From a virus (Duplodnaviria > Caudoviricetes): 37,705 nt of DNA. Within the stretch, counting starts at the first letter, position 1, and the number at the start of each line of letters is the position of its first letter. This document shows, piece by piece, positions 1 through 8,072 of the stretch. Below the pieces are notes generated by a model, which did no database searches, was not told where the DNA came from, and saw only the letters and a list, made by a program, of their open reading frames with translations. The translations under genes were made by a program, and so were the position numbers. Where the stretch lies: positions 1-37,705 of the IMG/VR virus record IMGVR_UViG_3300028422_000467. One strand, 5' to 3'.

Positions 1-66
1 CGTCGATCCGATCAGTGCCACCCAGGCCTTGGTCACCGTAGGTGTCGGGTTCGTCGGTTCGGTCAT
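1..66 (-). CDS. Probable holin, N-terminus only (runs off the window)
   Basis: ATG at 66 overlaps the lysin A stop (ATGA); reads MTEPTNPTPTVTKAWVALIGST, the start of a hydrophobic segment; directly follows the endolysin. Confidence 0.6.
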   Translation of the reverse strand, partial: MTEPTNPTPTVTKAWVALIGST

Positions 67-1592
67 TCGGTCACTCCTGTCTTCGTGGAGAGCACGCTGA
101 TCAGGGCGGCCAGCGGTGCCTTTTCTGCATCGGTGAGAACACCGGACAGCTGTAGTGCCTCCAGGGCATCGTATGCCTGGCCGATGATCTGCCCGGCGGT
201 GGTCGCCGCCGGAACCGCTGTCGCCACCGGAGCGGCAACGATGGGCTGCTGGTACACCATCTGTGGCGCGGCCGCGACGGCAGCGGTCTCCGGGGTGGTG
301 GTGATGTCGGCCAGGATGGCCTGCGCCAGTTCCTTGCTGTCACGCCGGTCGGGGAACTGGGTAAGGTCAGCGGCGGCCAGGTCGCGCAGTTCGGCCAGCG
401 CCTGCGGCTGGCCCAGCCGGCCCAGGAACCACAGCCACATCGGGTGCAGCATCCCGTCGTCGTTCTCGGTCAGTTGAGTGGCCATCCAGCGTCTGCCCTC
501 ACCGAGGTGACGCAGCAGACTCTGCGAGCGGCGCGCTCCGCAGACCGCCTCGAACAGTTGGTTCCACTGATCCTGGGGCACCTGAGCCATGTCATCTCCT
601 TCATCCAGAGCGGACAGCCGGGCGAACAGCCGTTCCGCCTCGGGGTAGCGCTGGTCGTAGCGGTCGGGGAACTTCGACCCCTGCACTGTCTGAGCGTAGA
701 AGCCCGGCGTGCGCGACATGTTGTTGTAGTCGTACGGGATCTTCAGCAGGCCGCGGGTGCCCGGCCCCTTGTCGCAGGTGAAGAACAGTTCTGCCGAGCA
801 GGCCACGTCCATCCGGCAGGCCAGTTCGCCCCACCACGGCTGCTGCTGGAACACCCCCGACGACAGGTGATCCGATCCCACCGCGTCGTGCGGCAGCTTC
901 AGCGAGGCCGGGTCGTTGGAGTTGGCGTAGTTGGTCAGGTTCGACTCGACCAGCGCCACGGCCAGTGCGATGGTGATGCCCCGGTCGGTGACCCCCAGCC
1001 TGCGGCCGACCCCGATGATGATCTGCGCATAACGATCGGCCCGCGACAGCGGCATGGCCCCGCGCTGGTACGTCGAGTAACCGTCGGGGCGAATCTTGCG
1101 CTCGATGAAGCTGGTCGTCCTGGGCATCGGCCGGTTGTTCACCCGGTCCCAGGTGCTGCCGTTCAGCTGGAAGTGCATCCAGTCGAGAATCGTCCACTTT
1201 CCACCACAGAAAACGATGTCCTCGTACCAGTCCAGCAGCGCGCGCAGCTTGGCGGCCTTGTCGCCGGGATAGGCTCGCGCCTCCGAGATGCCGTACCGAA
1301 AGGTTCGCCCGTCGGCACCGTTCCAGTTCAGATCCATACCGGTGCCACTCAGATGGTTGGAGCTGGCCACCGAGTTGGTCGCGGTCCAGCATGCCGAGTC
1401 GGCATCGCGCAACGGCTCCACGAAGGCGTTGAAGTCAGCGGCGAACGCCCGCAGGATCGTCAGCGGAGCGCCCTGCTGGATCTGCAACGTCACCGGCGTA
1501 CCCGGCACCGAGGTCCAGGAACATGATCCGGTGTCCACCATCGGCCACCCATTCTCCGAGTAGCTCAGGCCGTAGACGACGCGACGTGCCAT
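63..1592 (-). CDS. lysA: Endolysin (lysin A): M15-type Zn peptidase, lysozyme-like domain and C-terminal domain
   Basis: SENGW...SNHLSGTGMDLN...DWMHFQ (H-x6-D...H peptidase motif); central IALAVALVESNL...SSGVFQQ...WG...YAQTVQGS lysozyme-like motif. Start moved to ATG 1592 (MARRVVY), which overlaps the upstream TGA. Confidence 0.9.
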   Translation of the reverse strand: MARRVVYGLSYSENGWPMVDTGSCSWTSVPGTPVTLQIQQGAPLTILRAFAADFNAFVEPLRDADSACWTATNSVASSNHLSGTGMDLNWNGADGRTFRYGISEARAYPGDKAAKLRALLDWYEDIVFCGGKWTILDWMHFQLNGSTWDRVNNRPMPRTTSFIERKIRPDGYSTYQRGAMPLSRADRYAQIIIGVGRRLGVTDRGITIALAVALVESNLTNYANSNDPASLKLPHDAVGSDHLSSGVFQQQPWWGELACRMDVACSAELFFTCDKGPGTRGLLKIPYDYNNMSRTPGFYAQTVQGSKFPDRYDQRYPEAERLFARLSALDEGDDMAQVPQDQWNQLFEAVCGARRSQSLLRHLGEGRRWMATQLTENDDGMLHPMWLWFLGRLGQPQALAELRDLAAADLTQFPDRRDSKELAQAILADITTTPETAAVAAAPQMVYQQPIVAAPVATAVPAATTAGQIIGQAYDALEALQLSGVLTDAEKAPLAALISVLSTKTGVTE

Positions 1593-1681
1593 CAGCGCAC
1601 CAACACCAGGGACAAGGCCGCCAGCGCCAGGCCGAACGCACAACAGGCGATGACCACAGCGGCGACGACATGAGCCTTCAT
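1592..1681 (-). CDS. Small membrane protein (29 aa)
   Basis: MKAHVVAAVVIACCAFGLALAALSLVLVR; start and stop overlap both neighbouring genes; below the ORF track cutoff. Confidence 0.65.
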   Translation of the reverse strand: MKAHVVAAVVIACCAFGLALAALSLVLVR

Positions 1682-1878
1682 CCGTAGTCCCGCCAGACGC
1701 ACCCGATGGGGTGGTGGGAGAACATCAGCACGCCGCGCACCTCGACAAGGTACCGGTAACTGCCGGGGCGCTGGGTGGCCGCGCTCATCATGTCGAACAT
1801 TTCACGACGGAGGACACCAGCTATCTGGTTCAGCTCCGTCGCGTCGAGCACGCCCACTCCTCCAGGTGGTATGTCCAC
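1678..1878 (-). CDS. Hypothetical protein (66 aa)
   Basis: Fills the gap in operon orientation; stop overlaps the next ATG. Confidence 0.55.
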   Translation of the reverse strand: MDIPPGGVGVLDATELNQIAGVLRREMFDMMSAATQRPGSYRYLVEVRGVLMFSHHPIGCVWRDYG

Positions 1879-1896
1879 GACTATGCTATCGCAGCG

Positions 1897-1917
1897 GGTG
1901 TACGGAATCCGTACACC
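1897..1917. promoter_or_regulatory. 21-bp palindrome GGTGTACGGAATCCGTACACC, copy 1 (putative operator)
   Basis: Perfect 10-bp inverted arms; intergenic; identical to 26442-26462. Confidence 0.8.
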
Positions 1918-2034
1918 TCAGAGCACGAACACCACCCAGAGAATGACGACGATCACCAGGGCCAGCAACACTACCGGCCACCACGGTGGCGGGGGCGGCT
2001 CCCAGCCGGAGTTACGCCACCGCTCGGTGTCCAT
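1918..2034 (-). CDS. Small membrane protein (38 aa)
   Basis: MDTERWRNSGWEPPPPPWWPVVLLALVIVVILWVVFVL; TGATG coupling with the upstream gene. Confidence 0.7.
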   Translation of the reverse strand: MDTERWRNSGWEPPPPPWWPVVLLALVIVVILWVVFVL

Positions 2035-2276
2035 CAGCGCAGTCCCTCAAGGGCCCTACGGATGATCTCCGAGACATCGACGATGTCGGAGATGACCGGC
2101 AGGTCCGGATCGGCGTCGAGGACACCCTTCAGGATCTCGGGCAGCTGATCGGCCAGCGCCTTGGCCGCAGTGGCCGCGATCAGCGGGAGCAGTTCCACCA
2201 CCTTCGCGGTGACGGCTTCGACCAGCGGCGGGATCACGTATTCGGCAATGGCTTCGCCGATGGCTTTCAGGATCAT
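2034..2276 (-). CDS. Hypothetical amphipathic helical protein (80 aa)
   Basis: Coupled at both ends; GAGGAG RBS upstream. Confidence 0.8.
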   Translation of the reverse strand: MILKAIGEAIAEYVIPPLVEAVTAKVVELLPLIAATAAKALADQLPEILKGVLDADPDLPVISDIVDVSEIIRRALEGLR

Positions 2277-2578
2277 GACAACTCCTCGTTGACGAGAGAC
2301 TCGCGGACCTGGAACCGGGACTCCTCAGCAACGCCGACACTACCCGCGCCCTCGAATCGCCAGTGGTGCCAGCCTGCCTGGGCGATATCCCAGTGGACGT
2401 GGTAGACGCCCACGCTGTCGCGGACCAGTTCGACGTCGGTGCCGTAAACGTAGGTGGTGACCAGGTCGTCAGGTTCTCGGATGGCGAACGTGACCGCGGT
2501 GGGGTCGGCCAGCGAACCATCCTCGTCGCGGAACGTCACCACCAGTCGCCGCCGGTCGCCGATGTCGTAGATGGTCAT
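2273..2578 (-). CDS. Small beta-sandwich (BppU/Ig-like) virion adaptor protein
   Basis: YDIGD...TFRDEDGSLADPTAVTFAIREPD...DSVGVYHVHW...AGWHHWRFEG pattern typical of phage Ig-like adaptors; ATGA overlap with the fibre gene. Confidence 0.6.
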   Translation of the reverse strand: MTIYDIGDRRRLVVTFRDEDGSLADPTAVTFAIREPDDLVTTYVYGTDVELVRDSVGVYHVHWDIAQAGWHHWRFEGAGSVGVAEESRFQVRESLVNEELS

Positions 2579-5500
2579 GGCAGATCCTCCAGGGTGGCGG
2601 TGGCCTCGTCACTGGACAGTGTGGCCGTGGCAGCGTCGGTGTTCGCCAGCTCTATTGTCGCACCGGTCGTGCTCAGGACGGCCGATGCATCAGCAGTGCT
2701 CAGAATGCCACTGTCCCCGGTGTCCTGTAGTACCGCGGTGCCGCCGCCCCACGATCCGGACCGGCCGATCGACCCACCGATCCAGCCGTACCCACCGACG
2801 GTCAGCGCCTTGGCCGAGCGTGCTCCATAGACAGTGCCGGTCCAGCCGTAGGTTCCGGCTGCGGCTGCCGATGGCGGCGGTGGGGACAACCCGACGGCCG
2901 TGCCCGACCAGGTGTGCGACCCGGTGCTCGAGGCCGTGCTGTCGTGCCGTCCGGTGACGGTGCCGGTGAAGTTGTAGACCCCCGAAGCCGCTGCCTGGTA
3001 GGCGGCGATGCCGGCTGCTGCACCTGCGACGGTATAGCCGCCGCTGGCTGTGCCCTGTGCCAGTGGCACGGTGGGAGCGGCTCCGCTCGCGGTGCCCTCG
3101 ACGGCCCAGTTGCCCGATGCCGCACCGCCCGATGCACGCCCACCGGATGCCGTGCCCGCCACGGTGTAGGTGCCGTTGGCGTGGCCGTCGGCCACCCCGA
3201 CCTCGGGCGCTGTTCCGCTGGCCGTCCCGGCGACGGTGTAGGTGCCCGAGGTCGATGCCTCCGCTGTCCGGCTGCCGGACACCTGATCCCCGGCGAAGGC
3301 GTAGCTGCCCGCCGCCGTACCCTCGCTGACGCTCGCCCCGCTGGCCGTACCTGCCACGGTGTAGGTGCCACTGGCGTAGCCGTCGGCCACCCCGACCTCG
3401 GGCGCTGTTCCGCTGGCCGTGCCTGCCACGGTGTAGGCACCGCTGGCTGCGCCCTCTGTAGTGGTAGAACCGGCAACAGTCCCCGCAAAGCTGTAGCTGC
3501 CCGAGGCGGCGGCACTGTGCAGGTTCTCGCCCGACGCTGTACCCGCCACGGTGTAGGCACCGCTGGCGTGGCCGTCGGCCACCCCGACCTCGGGCGCTGC
3601 TCCACTGGCCGTCCCGGCGAAGGTGTAGGTGCCGCTGGCCGCAGCCTCTGCAGCGGCAGAACCGGCAGCAGCACCCGTGAAGGTATAGCTGCCCGACGCA
3701 GCAGCGCTGTGCGGGTTCTCGCCGGTGGCCGTGCCCGCGAAGGTGTAGGTGCCGCTGGCCGCAGCCTCTGCGACTGCTGCGCCCGACGCCGTGCCCGCGA
3801 CGGTGTAGCTGCCCGAGGCTGCACCAGTGCTGGCGCTCTCACCTGACGCCGCCCCGGCAAAGGTGTAGCTGCCCGACGCTGCGGCGGTGCGGGAGCTTTC
3901 ACCCGACGTCGTTCCGGCAAAGGCGTAGGTGCCGCTGGCGTGTCCGTCTGCACCACCTACTGTCGGTGCCTCGCCGACGGCAGTGCCCGCGAAGGTGTAG
4001 CTGCCCGAGGTCGTGCCGCTGCGCGAATTCTCGCCTGCAACCGTCCCGGCGAAGGTGTAGCTGCCCGAGGCTGCACCAGTGCTGGCGCTCTCACCGGTAG
4101 CCGTACCCACAAAGGTGTAGCTGCCCGAGGCCGATGCCTCCGCTGTCCGGCTGCCGGACACCTGATCCCCGGTGAAGGCGTAGCTGCCCGAGGCGGCAGC
4201 ACTGTGCAGGCTCTCGCCGGCCGCCGTGCCCGCGATGGTGTAGGTGCCCGAGGCCGATGCCTCCGCAGTGGTGGCACCGGCCGCTGTGCCCGCAACGGTG
4301 TAGGTGCCTGAGGCCGTGCCTTCGGCCGCACCGACGGTGGGGGCCTCGCCGACGGCAGTGCCCGCGAAGGTGTAGCTGCCCGAGGTCGTGCCGCTGCGCG
4401 GATTCTCGCCTGCAACCGTCCCGGCGAAGGTGTAGCTACCCGAGGCCGCACCAGTGCTGGCGCTCTCACCGGTAGCCGCACCCACAACGGTGTAGCTGCC
4501 CGAGGCTGTGCCTTCGGCAGTGGCCGCACCGGCTGCCGTGCCCGCGACGGTGTAGCTGCCCGAGGCCGTGCCCTCTGCAGTGGCCGCACCGGCTGCCGTG
4601 CCCGCAAAAGAGTAGCTACCCGAGGTCGTGCCGCTGCGCGGATTCTCCCCGGTCGCCGAACCGGCGAACGAGTAGGTTCCCGACGCCGACCCCTGCGGTG
4701 TTCCCGCTTCGGTGGTGACAATCGGCACACCGCCGGTCAGCGCGATGGTGGCCGTGGTCGGGAACAGCGGGGTGTAGTCGAAGTAGTCGAAGTAGGAGTA
4801 GCCGTTGGACGCCCCGGCGCTGCTGCCGCGCTGGGCATCGACGCGGCACGCCACGTTGGAGAGGTCCCAGGTGGTGATGATCGAGGACGAGGCGGTCGGC
4901 AGACGCACGGTCCAGGACACACCGTCGGTGGAGGTCTCGAAATAGAGGGTGCCGCTGGTTTCGCGGATTCTCATCCATTTGTCGGTGGCCGGGTTGTAGG
5001 TGCCGTTGCCGGTGTACTGGTTGTAGACGCTCGACCCGCCGTTGTTGGTGATCTGGGTGCAAATGCCGAGGTCGTCGCTGAAGAACATCCGGATGTTGTC
5101 GGAAACGCCTTGGACCCGCAGCCGTGCCGCCCAACCGGCCTGACGCGGCCCGGGGTCGGGAACGCGAACCTTGACGAACGAGTTGGTGAGGTCGAAGTTG
5201 TTCTGGCTGACGGCGCGCGACTCCGAGTAGGCCGCGGTGCCGTAGGTCAGCTTGAGCGACTCGTTCTCGATGGTGCACGTTCCGGTGAACGTCCACTTCG
5301 CGGTGTCGAGCGTGTTGAACCGGTCGGTGAGCGTCTGCGACTTGACGCCCGGCGCATCTCCGGTGGCGCTACCGGCGAAGGTGTATGAGCCGCTTGCTGT
5401 TCCCTCCGGTGGGGCCGGGGGAACATAGGTGTAGTCGCAGTGCAGGTCGGCGAAGTCGATGTAGAAGATGCCGTTGCTGGAAGAGTTGGCCTTCTTGACG

Positions 5501-5919
5501 TTGACCTGGACCTGAATGCCGTCGGCGATCTGCTGGGCGGTCGGCGTGGCCAGGGTGATCCCCGACTGGGTGGTCGCGCTGGTGTTCATGGTGAACGCCG
5601 TCGTGGACCCGATGGGCGTGACGCCCGTGGAGTCGTACAGCTGGATGAAGAACGCGCTGCTGTCCATGTAGGAGGCGCTGTTGACGTAGGAGCGCAAGTC
5701 CAGGGTCAGGCCGTTGATGGTGTCGCCGGACGCGGGGCCACTGAACGACACCGCCAGGGTGATGTAGGTGGTGTCGCGGCGGCCGGTCGAGGCCCAGTTC
5801 GCCCAGGTGTTGTCGGTGTTGCCGACGGTGCCGTCCACCGCGCTGGCGGTGGAGGTCCAGGTGCCCTTGCTGGTGTCGTAGGTGACGACGCTCCCGCAGC
5901 GAGAGTCCGCGACCGTCAT
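2575..5919 (-). CDS. Large repetitive fibre-like virion protein (1114 aa) with two N-terminal beta-rich/lectin-like domains
   Basis: Ser/Thr/Gly/Ala rich; about 30 repeats of ASG[ST]Y[TS][FV]AGT[AV]xG; domain 2 has a DKWMRIRETSGTLYFETSTDGVSWT ConA/lectin-like pattern. Confidence 0.8.
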   Translation of the reverse strand: MTVADSRCGSVVTYDTSKGTWTSTASAVDGTVGNTDNTWANWASTGRRDTTYITLAVSFSGPASGDTINGLTLDLRSYVNSASYMDSSAFFIQLYDSTGVTPIGSTTAFTMNTSATTQSGITLATPTAQQIADGIQVQVNVKKANSSSNGIFYIDFADLHCDYTYVPPAPPEGTASGSYTFAGSATGDAPGVKSQTLTDRFNTLDTAKWTFTGTCTIENESLKLTYGTAAYSESRAVSQNNFDLTNSFVKVRVPDPGPRQAGWAARLRVQGVSDNIRMFFSDDLGICTQITNNGGSSVYNQYTGNGTYNPATDKWMRIRETSGTLYFETSTDGVSWTVRLPTASSSIITTWDLSNVACRVDAQRGSSAGASNGYSYFDYFDYTPLFPTTATIALTGGVPIVTTEAGTPQGSASGTYSFAGSATGENPRSGTTSGSYSFAGTAAGAATAEGTASGSYTVAGTAAGAATAEGTASGSYTVVGAATGESASTGAASGSYTFAGTVAGENPRSGTTSGSYTFAGTAVGEAPTVGAAEGTASGTYTVAGTAAGATTAEASASGTYTIAGTAAGESLHSAAASGSYAFTGDQVSGSRTAEASASGSYTFVGTATGESASTGAASGSYTFAGTVAGENSRSGTTSGSYTFAGTAVGEAPTVGGADGHASGTYAFAGTTSGESSRTAAASGSYTFAGAASGESASTGAASGSYTVAGTASGAAVAEAAASGTYTFAGTATGENPHSAAASGSYTFTGAAAGSAAAEAAASGTYTFAGTASGAAPEVGVADGHASGAYTVAGTASGENLHSAAASGSYSFAGTVAGSTTTEGAASGAYTVAGTASGTAPEVGVADGYASGTYTVAGTASGASVSEGTAAGSYAFAGDQVSGSRTAEASTSGTYTVAGTASGTAPEVGVADGHANGTYTVAGTASGGRASGGAASGNWAVEGTASGAAPTVPLAQGTASGGYTVAGAAAGIAAYQAAASGVYNFTGTVTGRHDSTASSTGSHTWSGTAVGLSPPPPSAAAAGTYGWTGTVYGARSAKALTVGGYGWIGGSIGRSGSWGGGTAVLQDTGDSGILSTADASAVLSTTGATIELANTDAATATLSSDEATATLEDLP
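2770..4695 (-). repeat. Coding tandem repeat array, mostly 60-bp (some 63/72-bp) units
   Basis: AAGGTGTAGCTGCCCGAGG recurs at 3992, 4052 and 4112; a near-identical block at about 3968-4110 recurs at 4343-4485 (375-bp offset). Confidence 0.92.
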
Positions 5920-5932
5920 CCCAGTCCCCGAT

Positions 5933-6361
5933 CTACGCCATGGTCAGCACGGCGTTGGTCTTACCGTCCACCGTGAGCACGTTGCCGCTGGAGGCCACCA
6001 CGTCCGAGCCGCCACCCAGGTCGGAGTACGCGACCACGTCACCGCCGGACTCGTAGATCACCCCGTAGCGACAGGTGAGTCCCGCCGAACCCACCGTCCA
6101 GTTCGGCTGCGGGTCGGTGAACTTCAGGGTCAGCGACGTGGTGCCCGCGAACGTGAACGTCACGGTCACCCCGCCCGCGGTGTAGCCGGTGTCGGTGGTC
6201 CCGACCTCGTTGGTCAGACCGGCGAAGGTGGTCGAGGACGTCGAGATGTTCGACGTGCTCAGGAACAGGGCCAGCTTGAACGTGTCGGTGTCCAGGTCGA
6301 ACTGGCCCTTGGCGATCTTCTCCCGCGTCGTGGTCGTGAGCTGCCACGCACCTGCGGTCAT
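5933..6361 (-). CDS. Small virion structural/fibre-associated protein (142 aa)
   Basis: FDLDTDTFKLALF...NEVGTTDTGYTAGGVT... pattern; AGGAG RBS. Confidence 0.75.
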   Translation of the reverse strand: MTAGAWQLTTTTREKIAKGQFDLDTDTFKLALFLSTSNISTSSTTFAGLTNEVGTTDTGYTAGGVTVTFTFAGTTSLTLKFTDPQPNWTVGSAGLTCRYGVIYESGGDVVAYSDLGGGSDVVASSGNVLTVDGKTNAVLTMA

Positions 6362-6369
6362 GGCAGCTC

Positions 6370-6732
6370 CTAGGTGCTGGAGCCGTTCTGCGCGATGCTG
6401 GTGACGCTGTACTCCCCGGCGGCGTTGGCTGCGGCGTCACCGGTCAGTGCCCATTCCCCGCCACAGTTTCCTGCCTGCGACGTACCGGAGTCCCAGACGC
6501 TGACGCTGTAGACGGCCTGGGACGCGCCCACGCTGGTGAAGTCGATCTGCGCGCTGATGTCGAAGTCTCCGTCACCGGTGGCCGCAGCCCAGGTGAACGC
6601 TTCGCGGCCGCACGCCGTGATTTCGTTGGTCGCACCGTTGCCACCGCCGGAGGCGCTGTGCAGGGCGGCGTAGGTGTAGCCGGTTCGGAAGGCGTTCGCC
6701 ATCGTCACCATGCCGGCATTCGTGATCGCCAT
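6370..6732 (-). CDS. Small virion structural/fibre-associated protein (120 aa)
   Basis: YAALHSASGG...NEI...REAFTW, similar to 7694-8044; GAGGAGG RBS. Confidence 0.75.
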   Translation of the reverse strand: MAITNAGMVTMANAFRTGYTYAALHSASGGGNGATNEITACGREAFTWAAATGDGDFDISAQIDFTSVGASQAVYSVSVWDSGTSQAGNCGGEWALTGDAAANAAGEYSVTSIAQNGSST

Positions 6733-6757
6733 CGAACCCTCCTCAGGTCTAGGGGGG

Positions 6758-6772
6758 ATTTTACCTCAGCAA
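6758..6772 (-). promoter_or_regulatory. Putative extended -10 promoter TTGCTGAGG-TAAAAT
   Basis: TANNNT hexamer in an intergenic gap, abutting palindrome copy 2; near-identical to 32394-32408. Confidence 0.55.
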
Positions 6773-6793
6773 GGCGTACGGAACCCGTACACC
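6773..6793. promoter_or_regulatory. 21-bp palindrome copy 2 (GGCGTACGGAACCCGTACACC, 2 mismatches)
   Basis: Intergenic; 19/21 identical to copies 1 and 3. Confidence 0.75.
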
Positions 6794-6800
6794 GAACCTT

Positions 6801-7061
6801 CTATCCACCCGAGGCAATCTGCTGACCGTTGGCATGGTGAGACAGATCAATCTCGACGGGCTCCGGTGCCAGTGCCTGTGTGGTGGTCTTGCGCTGCTGA
6901 CCGGCCCTTGCCAGGGCTTCGGCGATGCTGGCCAGCGCCGGTTGCACGGGGCCGATGCGGGCCTTCGCAGTGAGGGAATTCTCGTCTTCTTTCCACTCCA
7001 TGCTGGACACCTCGCCGTCGAACACGACACGGCCCTTGTACTCGATTCTCAGTTCGGGCAT
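6801..7061 (-). CDS. Hypothetical protein (86 aa)
   Basis: Start reassigned to ATG 7061 (MPELRIEYKG), TGATG-coupled to the upstream gene. Confidence 0.75.
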   Translation of the reverse strand: MPELRIEYKGRVVFDGEVSSMEWKEDENSLTAKARIGPVQPALASIAEALARAGQQRKTTTQALAPEPVEIDLSHHANGQQIASGG

Positions 7062-7273
7062 CAGGCGGCATCCTCTGGCTCGCCTGCCGACTCTGCGCGC
7101 AGAACCGTCCAGTCGGCCACCTCGGCGTTCGCGGCCCACCGGCCGCCCTTCGGTCGCGACCCGACGGTCGCCATGTCGAGCACGCCCCACGCCAGCGAAC
7201 TATCGGCGGGGTGGTTACTCCTGACGGCGACGGCATCGCCGGTCAGGCTCACCCTGATCTCCCGTACTGCCAT
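7061..7273 (-). CDS. Hypothetical protein (70 aa)
   Basis: Strong AAGGAGGAGG RBS; coupled stop. Confidence 0.75.
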   Translation of the reverse strand: MAVREIRVSLTGDAVAVRSNHPADSSLAWGVLDMATVGSRPKGGRWAANAEVADWTVLRAESAGEPEDAA

Positions 7274-7283
7274 GTCCTCCTCC

Positions 7284-7364
7284 TTACAGGTAGGGGTCGT
7301 TCATCAGATAGATCAGACACGCGATGATGATCACCGCGAAGATGGCCACCCAGATCAGCGTCAT
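7284..7364 (-). CDS. Small membrane peptide (26 aa)
   Basis: MTLIWVAIFAVIIIACLIYLMNDPYL; ATGA overlap with the upstream gene; its stop merges into the next RBS. Confidence 0.6.
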   Translation of the reverse strand: MTLIWVAIFAVIIIACLIYLMNDPYL

Positions 7365-7690
7365 CGGACCACCGCCATGAAGTCCGACTGCACGATCCGG
7401 CACACGTCGATGTCACCTCCACCCGGCGCGATCATCAGCGGGTGGTCGAAGTCCCGCCGGGCGATCTCCCGGCCAGACGCCGGGTGATGGGTGAGCAGCA
7501 TCCCACCGAACCCGCCCTGCGGCACGATGATCCGGTCGGCGTTGCGGCCCATCAGTTCCCCGTCGATCAGTTCCCAGACGATCGGGGACCGCCGGTAGGC
7601 CTGGCAGTGCCACGGCTCCCGGCCGTCGAGGTCGTATACCCCGACGTAGGTGGGCCAGATGACCGCCCCCAGAACAACTTCGCCGAGCAT
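7361..7690 (-). CDS. Hypothetical protein, possible diverged paralogue of 7694-8044
   Basis: TYVGVY...E...AYRRSPIVW aligns by eye with SYIGLC...E...AYARKQTTW. Confidence 0.65.
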   Translation of the reverse strand: MLGEVVLGAVIWPTYVGVYDLDGREPWHCQAYRRSPIVWELIDGELMGRNADRIIVPQGGFGGMLLTHHPASGREIARRDFDHPLMIAPGGGDIDVCRIVQSDFMAVVR

Positions 7691-7693
7691 GGC

Positions 7694-8044
7694 CTAGGTC
7701 TGCGTAAACGTGGGGGTCACCACGATCTGGCCTTGAGCAGACATGACCACGTCGGTGATGTCGGCGTTGTCGATCTGGTTGGCCCCCGACACCGCGGAGC
7801 ACAGCGTCATGTGGGTGTAGGTCGCAGCCGCGACGTCGATGGTGACGGCACTGCCGTTGTTCACCCCGCCGGTCGACGGTGTCCAGGTGGTCTGCTTGCG
7901 GGCATACGCCGGGCTACCGCCACTGGCCTCGTTGGCCGGGGTGGTGGTGGTGCCCGGCGAGCCGGTGCACAGGCCGATGTAGCTGCCGAGCGTCCCGTAG
8001 TACGTCGCCAGCGACTGCCGGGTGGTGGCGATTGCGATTGCCAT
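7694..8044 (-). CDS. Small minor tail/fibre-associated protein (116 aa)
   Basis: YIGLCTGSPGTT...NEASGGSPAYARKQTTW motif common in actinophage minor tail genes; GAAAGG RBS. Confidence 0.8.
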   Translation of the reverse strand: MAIAIATTRQSLATYYGTLGSYIGLCTGSPGTTTTPANEASGGSPAYARKQTTWTPSTGGVNNGSAVTIDVAAATYTHMTLCSAVSGANQIDNADITDVVMSAQGQIVVTPTFTQT

Positions 8045-8072
8045 GGTGGGTTACCTTTCGTTGGGTTGTGTT

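Noticed and set aside
1897-1917. Palindromes as intrinsic terminators
   Set aside because: Loop of only 1-3 nt, no U-tract, and sequence (not just structure) is conserved between copies, which fits a protein-binding site better; not fully excluded.
2770-4695. Periodic repeats as a CRISPR array or DGR template/variable repeat
   Set aside because: Units are in-frame coding repeats with degenerate positions and no unique spacers; no cas or reverse transcriptase gene; differences are not adenine-specific.
2802-4730. Alternative-frame ORFs with RAATPS repeats
   Set aside because: Off-frame readings of the repeat array; Arg/Pro-rich composition typical of non-coding frames.
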